A stretch of DNA of 64,000 bases from Melioribacteraceae bacterium (GTDB lineage Bacteria > Bacteroidota > Ignavibacteria > Ignavibacteriales > Melioribacteraceae). A program made the translations under genes and the position numbers. Positions 50,758-57,330 of this stretch are shown here, piece by piece (position 1 is the first letter of the stretch; the number at the start of each line of letters is the position of its first letter). The stretch spans positions 1,146,424 through 1,210,423 of the forward strand of contig JAHBUP010000001.1 in assembly GCA_019638015.1 (NCBI GenBank), written 5' to 3'. The notes below the pieces were generated by a model, which was given only the letters and a program-made list of their open reading frames with translations, had not been told where the DNA came from and ran no database searches.

Positions 50758-51078
50758 TTATTTAGATAAAAAAGTATTTATTGCATCCTTCAATATTATT
50801 GTTGACTTAAAGCCATCAACTATTTTTATTCCACCTCTCTTAAGGGATTCCTCAGCTTTATCTCCAACATGACCGGTGAGTAAAACTTCAGCACCTTTAC
50901 TGATGATTAACTCGGCTGCTTTAGGCCCGGCACCGCTTTGCATTTGTTCGCCTAGATTTGATACAGCTTCAAACTTCATAGTATCAGAATCTACAATTAT
51001 AAAGTATTGGCAGCGCCCAAATTGTTCACTTACCAGCGCATTCATTGATCCGCCTGTTGATGTTATTGCAATTTTCAT
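50758..51078 (-). CDS. NifX/NafY/NifB-C-terminal-type (MTH1175-like) cofactor-binding domain protein, paralog 3
   Basis: MKIAITS...[13 protein letters not shown]...[11 protein letters not shown] pattern. Length 106 aa. Confidence 0.8.
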   Translation of the reverse strand: MKIAITSTGGSMNALVSEQFGRCQYFIIVDSDTMKFEAVSNLGEQMQSGAGPKAAELIISKGAEVLLTGHVGDKAEESLKRGGIKIVDGFKSTIILKDAINTFLSK

Positions 51079-51968
51079 TTAGTAATTCCTTTTAAATTAT
51101 TTATTTGATTTGTAATATTTATCCAAATGTTCTCGACTTGCTTTCCAATCTCATGGTTGAATTCAATAATAGTTTTACCAAGCTGCAGTGAACTAACAAA
51201 ATCATGATGAAAGGGAAGGTAGCCCAAAATATTAATTTTATTCTCATCAGCTATATTTTTGATAATTCCGGTTACTTCTAAATTCAAATCAAACTTATTT
51301 ATGATAATACCATGCGCATATTTCATTGTCTTCAGCAGTTCGATTAGTCTTTTCAAATCATGTAATCCAGAAAGAGTTGGTTCAGTTACAATAACAACAA
51401 AGTCGGTACCGGAAAGACTGGCATTTACAGGACAACCGATTCCGGGCGGTCCATCAATAATTATCCACTCATTTGTTTCCGAAACATTATTGGATGCTGC
51501 CTTTTTTATTTCACTAACCAGTTTCCCAGAGTTACCTTCTCCCGGTAAAAGTTTTGCGTAAAAAAACTTGGATTTATCTACCAGTAAACCGGAATAAAAA
51601 TCTCCCGACTTATGGTAATCGAATGAAATTGCTTGTTCGGGACAAACCCTCACACAGAATCCACAGCCTTCACAGCTGATCGTAACGACTTTATAATTTT
51701 TTATAGCCTCAAATCTGCAGACCTCCTCACATAATCCACACTCGCGGCAATTATCAGAATTTATAACAGCTTTTTTCCCGCCATAGAATTCATACCCCCC
51801 TTCTATTTGTGGTTTTAATAACAGAAATAAATTTGCGGCATCAACGTCGCAATCAACAACAATTTTGTTTTTTATCAATTTAGAAATAGAAGCGGTAAAA
51901 GTAGTTTTACCAGTTCCACCTTTACCGCTTAAAACAAGTACTTGAGAATAATTTTGAATTTTATTCAC
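51075..51968 (-). CDS. MinD/ParA/CooC-like P-loop ATPase with inserted 2x[4Fe-4S] ferredoxin domain, paralog 2
   Basis: Deviant Walker A SGKGGTGKTT, CRECGLCEEVCRFEA and CEGCGFCVRVCPEQA, Walker B IIDGPPG. Confidence 0.85.
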   Translation of the reverse strand: MNKIQNYSQVLVLSGKGGTGKTTFTASISKLIKNKIVVDCDVDAANLFLLLKPQIEGGYEFYGGKKAVINSDNCRECGLCEEVCRFEAIKNYKVVTISCEGCGFCVRVCPEQAISFDYHKSGDFYSGLLVDKSKFFYAKLLPGEGNSGKLVSEIKKAASNNVSETNEWIIIDGPPGIGCPVNASLSGTDFVVIVTEPTLSGLHDLKRLIELLKTMKYAHGIIINKFDLNLEVTGIIKNIADENKINILGYLPFHHDFVSSLQLGKTIIEFNHEIGKQVENIWINITNQINNLKGITK

Positions 51969-51980
51969 AGTTTAATTACT

Positions 51981-52697
51981 CTATTCTTTTATAATTGATT
52001 TAAGAACTTTTTCTTTATCTAATTTTTTAGAACAGAAGAACCAATCCTGGCAAACCAAATCATCTTTACCTTCCATTCTTTCTTTTGCGGCGCCGCAAGA
52101 ACCGGCAGGAGAAATAATCACATCGTCACCAGGTTGCCAGTCAGCAGGAGTAGCAACTGAAAAGTTATCAGCGGTTTGAAGTGCAATAACTACTCGATAC
52201 AGTTCATCAAAATTTCTGCCGAGGCTTAGTGGATAATAAATTATCGTTCTGATAATACCTTTAGGATCAATTACAAAAACCGCTCTTACTGCTTTTGTAG
52301 AACTTTCACCAGGCTGAATCATTCCATATTTTGTAGCAATTTCCATTGTGATGTCTTCAATTAAAGGGAAGTTAACTTCAACATTTTTCATCCCCTTATA
52401 TTCAATTTTTTCTTTGATTGTTCTTAACCATGCGATGTGACTATATATTCCGTCTATTGATAAACCAACCAGCTTGCAATTGGCTTTTAAAAATTTATCC
52501 TCTAGATATGCGAATGTTATGAATTCGGAAGTACAAACCGGAGTAAAATCTGCGGGGTGGCTAAAAAGTATTACCCAACTACCGGCGTACTGTTCAGGAA
52601 AGTTGATATCACCTTGTGTTGTTACAGCTTTGAAGTCTGGCGCCTTTTCACCGATGCGAGGCATAGATTGAACTTGAGATCCCATATTGTTTTCCAT
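51981..52697 (-). CDS. Peroxiredoxin, Prx6/archaeal-type with C-terminal extension
   Basis: Peroxidatic Cys context FSHPADFTPVCTSEF. C-terminal Cys residues SCGAAKER...CQDWFFC. Confidence 0.92.
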   Translation of the reverse strand: MENNMGSQVQSMPRIGEKAPDFKAVTTQGDINFPEQYAGSWVILFSHPADFTPVCTSEFITFAYLEDKFLKANCKLVGLSIDGIYSHIAWLRTIKEKIEYKGMKNVEVNFPLIEDITMEIATKYGMIQPGESSTKAVRAVFVIDPKGIIRTIIYYPLSLGRNFDELYRVVIALQTADNFSVATPADWQPGDDVIISPAGSCGAAKERMEGKDDLVCQDWFFCSKKLDKEKVLKSIIKE

Positions 52698-52757
52698 TTC
52701 CTACTCCTTTTTAATTTAATTAGATATTGTTTTTTGTACTGCAACTATTGTGTGAAT

Positions 52758-53576
52758 CTACTTCACAATGTTTTTGAATTCTTCATTCATTTTTGTTAAG
52801 AATATTGATGGCATTTCTCCATTTGAATAATCTACCGCGATCCCTTTATCGAACGGAATTTTCATCAAAATATTTATTCTCTGTTCATTTAAATAATTTT
52901 CAAGATCCGTGTAAGATTTTTCATATTTATTTATTACAACGCCATATGGAATTTTTAGAACTTGCAAAACTTCAATTGCGAGATTCAAATCATGCAATCC
53001 AAATGGACTGGATTCAGTGACGAGTATGCAAAAATCAGAATCTTTTACCGCCTCAACCATCGAACAAGAAGTTCCTGGAGGAGAATCAATAATATTCAAT
53101 TTATCTGGTTGAATATTTTTTTTAACATCCTTAATCACCGGCGAAGCCGAAGCTTCACCCACATTTAATACCCCATCATAAAACTTTATATTGTTCCATG
53201 CAGAGAATCCTTCTCTAACTACTCCAATCTTTTTCTTTACTTCACTGATTGCTTTTTCGGGGCATAAATATTCACACGTACCACATGCATGACAGAGTTC
53301 ATCGATAAGCAATATTTCCGAACCCAAATTAATTAATGCATGAAACTCACAAACTTGCGCACATTTACCGCAAGTATTGCATTTGGAATAATCAATCCTT
53401 GGAAGACTCTTTGTCGATGGAGCTTCCTTATGAAATTGAGGATGGAGTAGAATATGTCCGTTTGGTTCTTCTACATCACAATCGATGTAAACACTTCCGT
53501 GATTAACAAATGCTAGACTTGTCGCAATCGTAGTTTTACCTGTTCCTCCTTTGCCCGATGCGATAGATATTATCAA
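52758..53576 (-). CDS. MinD/ParA/CooC-like P-loop ATPase with inserted 2x[4Fe-4S] ferredoxin domain, paralog 1
   Basis: SGKGGTGKTT, CNTCGKCAQVCEFHA and CHACGTCEYLCPEKA, IIDSPPG. Confidence 0.85.
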   Translation of the reverse strand: MIISIASGKGGTGKTTIATSLAFVNHGSVYIDCDVEEPNGHILLHPQFHKEAPSTKSLPRIDYSKCNTCGKCAQVCEFHALINLGSEILLIDELCHACGTCEYLCPEKAISEVKKKIGVVREGFSAWNNIKFYDGVLNVGEASASPVIKDVKKNIQPDKLNIIDSPPGTSCSMVEAVKDSDFCILVTESSPFGLHDLNLAIEVLQVLKIPYGVVINKYEKSYTDLENYLNEQRINILMKIPFDKGIAVDYSNGEMPSIFLTKMNEEFKNIVK

Positions 53577-53585
53577 TTCAATTCC

Positions 53586-53972
53586 TTAATGACAATTGTG
53601 ACTATGATTATGATCATGTTTACATGCCTCGTAACCATTAAGTTTACCTTGTAAAAAACTAGTTATCGCTTCTTCAAAAAGAAGTCCCGGTGCTGTTATT
53701 ATGTCAATTCCGAATGACAAAAAATTTGAAACTGCTTTTTGTCCCATTCCGCCTGCAATAATTGTATTTACATTGAATTGTTTTACATATCCAGGCAGCT
53801 GGCAAGCTCCGCTGTGTTCACCAACTAAGGGATTAAAAAATGTTTCGGTCTTGTGAATTTGATTTTGTTCATCTAGTTCGCAAACATAAAATTTTGAACA
53901 TCTTCCAAAATGTTCCGCTACTCTTTCTTCAGCACCGCTTTCTTCAATTGCAACAGCTATTCTTTGATTCAT
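53586..53972 (-). CDS. NifX-like (MTH1175-like) domain protein, paralog 2, with His/Cys-rich tail
   Basis: RIAVAIEE...EHFGRCSKFYVCE...TIIAGGMG, then the C-terminal tail ACKHDHNHSHNCH. Confidence 0.8.
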   Translation of the reverse strand: MNQRIAVAIEESGAEERVAEHFGRCSKFYVCELDEQNQIHKTETFFNPLVGEHSGACQLPGYVKQFNVNTIIAGGMGQKAVSNFLSFGIDIITAPGLLFEEAITSFLQGKLNGYEACKHDHNHSHNCH

Positions 53973-53994
53973 ATTTCTTCCTATATATTTTTAA

Positions 53995-54414
53995 TTAATG
54001 TCGTTTACCGTGTCTCTCTCTATTCCTACCTGAGAAATGCTTCTTATTTATAAAATCTATTTGCTCTATTTTTTCTTCCTTAACTAAGTGGATAGCTTTG
54101 TGGGCATTTCCGTCTTTGTAATGATAAACTTTTATGTTAGCCGATGTAAAAAACCTATAAGGATTTATACCAATCTTTTTAACTATTACAGCATCAACGT
54201 TTTTTTCAATAAGAAATCTTACTGATTGTATCCCTACTCCACCCAATTCGTTTGCGAACGGGTTAGAAATAATTTCTTCCGAATCATCTTCTGTATTGTG
54301 AATCAAGAAGAATTTACTTCTTCCAAAAATTTCAGAAATAGGAGATGATTTTTCTGGTTTCTCTATCGCAACGGCTATTTTTCCTGCTATGCGTGATTTC
54401 GACTCATTCAACAT
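53995..54414 (-). CDS. NifX-like (MTH1175-like) domain protein, paralog 1, with basic tail
   Basis: KIAVAIEK...EIFGRSKFFLIHN...VDAVIVKKIG, then the tail GRNRERHGKRH. Confidence 0.65.
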   Translation of the reverse strand: MLNESKSRIAGKIAVAIEKPEKSSPISEIFGRSKFFLIHNTEDDSEEIISNPFANELGGVGIQSVRFLIEKNVDAVIVKKIGINPYRFFTSANIKVYHYKDGNAHKAIHLVKEEKIEQIDFINKKHFSGRNRERHGKRH

Positions 54415-54417
54415 TTA

Positions 54418-54645
54418 TTATTTCTTTCCAAATCCTCTTCCGCGACCTCTTCCTTGGCCTTTTCCTGCTCCTCCGCCGCCGCGAGGTTTTCCACCGTGCC
54501 CAAGTCCCGATACTACATTTGCGCTATCAGTTGCTTTTTCTGTTGTTTTATCAGGTTGATTTTTTTGAGTACTCGAACAGCGCCCTTTCCCTCTTCCGGT
54601 CATTGCGCCTTGTCCTTGTGGACCAGTTCCATTTAAGTTTGGCAT
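54418..54645 (-). CDS. DUF5320-like small Gly/Arg-rich protein
   Basis: N-terminus MPNLNGTGPQGQGAMTGRGKGRC matches my memory of the DUF5320 signature (MPxxDGTGPxGxGPxTGRGxGxC). The C-terminus is an RGG-type low-complexity run. Confidence 0.7.
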   Translation of the reverse strand: MPNLNGTGPQGQGAMTGRGKGRCSSTQKNQPDKTTEKATDSANVVSGLGHGGKPRGGGGAGKGQGRGRGRGFGKK

Positions 54646-54675
54646 AGTGTCTCCTCTTTTATGAATTTTAATTGT

Positions 54676-55122
54676 TCAATCATATGAAAGTCTTATATCT
54701 TTGTTTGTTAGTATTGGTTCAATAATTTCTTTCAATTTTTTAGATCCCCATGTTTTTAATTCGGAATGTGTAAGAAAATATTTTTCCGGAATCGGGTGAG
54801 TACCAACTACCACGTTCATCCCATATTTTGATTCTATAAACTTTTTAAAGTGATCGATGTATGGGCAAGGAGGGTAACCCACAACCATTCCGGTTGCAAA
54901 GTGAATAACTTCAGCGCCATTCTTCTTTAATTCCTCAGGTGCGTATTCAATATTGCCGCCGGGGCAGCCACCGCAAGTGGTGTAACCGATAAGTTCAACA
55001 TCATTTTCTTTATAAATATCAAACGCACCAACTCTTTCTTTTATAGATCTAAAACACTTACCCCCCGCACAGCTTTTGTATCTGTCGCAAATTATAATTC
55101 CAATTTTAATTTTATCTTTCAT
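54676..55122 (-). CDS. CGGC-domain protein
   Basis: Eponymous TTCGGCPGG motif plus additional conserved Cys residues (CDRYKSCAGGKC, PPCPY). Length 148 aa. Confidence 0.8.
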   Translation of the reverse strand: MKDKIKIGIIICDRYKSCAGGKCFRSIKERVGAFDIYKENDVELIGYTTCGGCPGGNIEYAPEELKKNGAEVIHFATGMVVGYPPCPYIDHFKKFIESKYGMNVVVGTHPIPEKYFLTHSELKTWGSKKLKEIIEPILTNKDIRLSYD

Positions 55123-55137
55123 GAAAATTATCCCATC

Positions 55138-55968
55138 TTATTTAGCTATTAATTCAACTTGATAATGCTGTTCAATTGAATTTGCTATTGATTTAAACAC
55201 ATTTGTCACTTCACAATTAGGTTTTTCAAGAACGATTGGTTTACCGTTATCGCCCAGAATGCGCGCATCAATATCAATTGGGATAGAGCCGAGAAAAGGT
55301 AAATTATATTTTTTGGCCAGTTTTTCACCACCGCCAACCCCAAATATTTCAACCACCGCATTACAACGAGGGCATATAAATCCCGCCATATTCTCTATTA
55401 TACCTATAAATGGAATTTCTAATTTTTTCGCCATATCTATCGCACGTTCGGCGTCGATAACCGAGACTTCCTGCGGAGTAGTTACAATAACTGCGTAATC
55501 GGGTTTCATCTGCTGCGCTATTGTTAAAATTTCATCACCGGTTCCGGGAGGTAAATCAGCAATCAGATAATCAAGCTCGCCCCATTCAACATCGGCAAGA
55601 AACTGGTTAATTACTTTTGAGCGCATGGGCCCACGCCAAATCAATGCTTGTCCGTCTTTTAATAAACTTGCCATCGAAATCATTTTAGCTCCATATTTTT
55701 CAAACGGAATCATTTTAGAATCTAGTATAATTAACTCATTATCGATCCCTAGCATTTTAGGAACATTTGGACCGGTAATATCCGCATCAAGAATACCGGT
55801 TGAATAGCCCTCTGTTTGTAAAGCATAAGCAAGGTTCACACTAACAGTAGTTTTACCAACACCCCCTTTGCCACTAAAGACTGCGATACGGTGTTTTATC
55901 TTTGCTACATTTTCTACTATTCTTTTTTCTTCTTCTTCAAGTGCTTTTTGTTTTTCTTGATTGTCCAT
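55138..55968 (-). CDS. mrp: Mrp/NBP35/ApbC family Fe-S cluster carrier ATPase
   Basis: Deviant Walker A SGKGGVGKTT, DLPPGTGD, and the cluster-bridging CPRC motif (GFICPRCN). Confidence 0.92.
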   Translation of the reverse strand: MDNQEKQKALEEEEKRIVENVAKIKHRIAVFSGKGGVGKTTVSVNLAYALQTEGYSTGILDADITGPNVPKMLGIDNELIILDSKMIPFEKYGAKMISMASLLKDGQALIWRGPMRSKVINQFLADVEWGELDYLIADLPPGTGDEILTIAQQMKPDYAVIVTTPQEVSVIDAERAIDMAKKLEIPFIGIIENMAGFICPRCNAVVEIFGVGGGEKLAKKYNLPFLGSIPIDIDARILGDNGKPIVLEKPNCEVTNVFKSIANSIEQHYQVELIAK

Positions 55969-56080
55969 TAGTTACCCTTATGTATTATGTTAATTTATAT
56001 ACTATGCTACCCACTGATCTGTTCATGCAAATTCTTATTTCAATTTTTAACACATTTACCCTACTAAGTCTTTCTTAAAA

Positions 56081-57139
56081 CTAAATTGTTAAACCGCTAC
56101 CAGCCGTCTGATAAGTATTGTCAATTGCATAAAATATTTCTCTGTTGTGAATGACTTTTTTAACAGTTCGGCTTAGAAGCAAATTTTGCAGAACTTGTTG
56201 ATCTTTTTCGTTTTTTAAGAACTGATTAACCGCGTCAACTCTGACCGGATGGAGAGCTAGCAAACCTAACAACTCATTTTCAAAATCATCAGTCGCGAAA
56301 AATTCTTCAGTCTCGGGACAACATAACATTGTTGATTTTTTAATTTTACTTTTAATCAATTTCGATAATTGTTGTAGAGTTTCGGCCTCAGGACATTCTG
56401 CATAGCTTTCTGCCGGAGGATATCGTGGCGTCATAAAATATGATTGATCGTATTTTAGTGTGCTGAAGAATTGATATAGCTGTTCAATTTCTTCAGCGTT
56501 ATCATTAATGTTTTTAATCAGCATTGTCTCGGTGGTAAGTATTCCCTGATAATAATTTGAGAACCGTTTAATTCCTTCAAGTATCTTGTTGTAATCTAAT
56601 CTGCGGTGTGGTCTATTTAACCTTAACCAGGTTCCCTCGTTCACTGTATCTATTTTGAGGGAGACATAATCGGCATACATTAGATTTTCCTGGATGTTAT
56701 CTTTCCACAACAGGGAAGAATTTGTGAAAACAGCAATCTTGTAGCCGAATTCACGAAGAAGTAAAATTTCTGACGGAAGATTTGCATCAAGAGTCGGAGC
56801 CCCGCTTCCTGCAAAAACTATGTAGTCAATTTTTTCCCCATGTTCTTCCAATTCCGACAATTTTTTTCTAACTGACAAATGAAGTTCGTAAGGGGATAAG
56901 CAATTTGTTGAACAAATGGAGCAACATGATGTATCTCCTGATGGACAATAGATGCAGTTGTATGAGCAGGTTTTTGATTTTAAATTGTTTATTCCAAGGA
57001 CGGAGCCTAATCTTCTTGATCTGACAGGTCCAAATACCACATGACATTTCAATGATTTGTTAGAGAGTATGCCACTTTCCAATTTTACGCAAATTGACTC
57101 AACTCGCTCTTTAAACCAAGATTTCACTCCATCCTTCAT
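56081..57139 (-). CDS. Radical SAM protein (family with N-terminal GPVxSRRLG motif), function unknown
   Basis: FGPVRSRRLGSVLGINN, then the CX3CX2C motif CSYNCIYC, followed closely by a second Cys run CCSICSTNC. AAGGAG RBS 10 nt upstream of the ATG. Confidence 0.85.
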   Translation of the reverse strand: MKDGVKSWFKERVESICVKLESGILSNKSLKCHVVFGPVRSRRLGSVLGINNLKSKTCSYNCIYCPSGDTSCCSICSTNCLSPYELHLSVRKKLSELEEHGEKIDYIVFAGSGAPTLDANLPSEILLLREFGYKIAVFTNSSLLWKDNIQENLMYADYVSLKIDTVNEGTWLRLNRPHRRLDYNKILEGIKRFSNYYQGILTTETMLIKNINDNAEEIEQLYQFFSTLKYDQSYFMTPRYPPAESYAECPEAETLQQLSKLIKSKIKKSTMLCCPETEEFFATDDFENELLGLLALHPVRVDAVNQFLKNEKDQQVLQNLLLSRTVKKVIHNREIFYAIDNTYQTAGSGLTI

Positions 57140-57170
57140 GATCAGAAAACTCCTTGCAAAATTTAGCTAT

Positions 57171-57186
57171 GCTGTAATATTACCAT
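57171..57186 (-). promoter_or_regulatory. Candidate sigma-54 (-24/-12) promoter of the radical SAM operon
   Basis: Minus strand ATGGTAATATTACAGC (TGGTAATATTACAGCA if the flanking base 57170 is included). GG and GC are separated by exactly 10 nt, about 32 nt upstream of the ATG. Only about 7 of 11 core consensus positions match TGGCAC-N5-TTGCA. Confidence 0.3.
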
Positions 57187-57247
57187 AATCGTTCCAATCA
57201 AATAGTTCGATTATTGCGCTAATTGTTATTTTCTGATGCGCAATGCT

Positions 57248-57310
57248 TTGCATATTTGCTATGATGATTGCAAGGATATTGCATGAATGCAACTATCTGT
57301 CTATTTTGCA
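57248..57310. promoter_or_regulatory. Cluster of TTGCA/TGCAA half-sites (candidate activator UAS)
   Basis: TTGCA at 57248, 57268, 57279 and 57306. TGCAA at 57269 and 57288. Includes TGCAAGGATATTGCA (57269-57283) and the palindrome TTGCATGAATGCAA (57279-57292). Confidence 0.35.
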
Positions 57311-57330
57311 TACAAGTTTTGAGGTAAGCA

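Noticed and set aside
50758-54414. Interpreting the three dinitrogenase FeMo-cofactor-domain genes as evidence for nitrogen fixation
   Set aside because: No nifH, nifD, nifK, nifE, nifN or nifB is in the window, and the domains are the short stand-alone MTH1175-like type. Calling this a nif cluster would be over-annotation.
54345-54647. 100-aa and 60-aa plus-strand ORFs opposite the DUF5320-like gene
   Set aside because: They are created by the stop-free complement of GGN/CGN-rich codons. The minus-strand reading has the recognisable DUF5320-type N-terminus and fits the operon spacing.
57151-57170. Alternative sigma-54 promoter reading ATAGCTAAATTTTGCA closer to the radical SAM start
   Set aside because: It has TTGCA at a plausible -12 position but no GG dinucleotide at -24 in any register. 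It would also leave essentially no room for the RBS.
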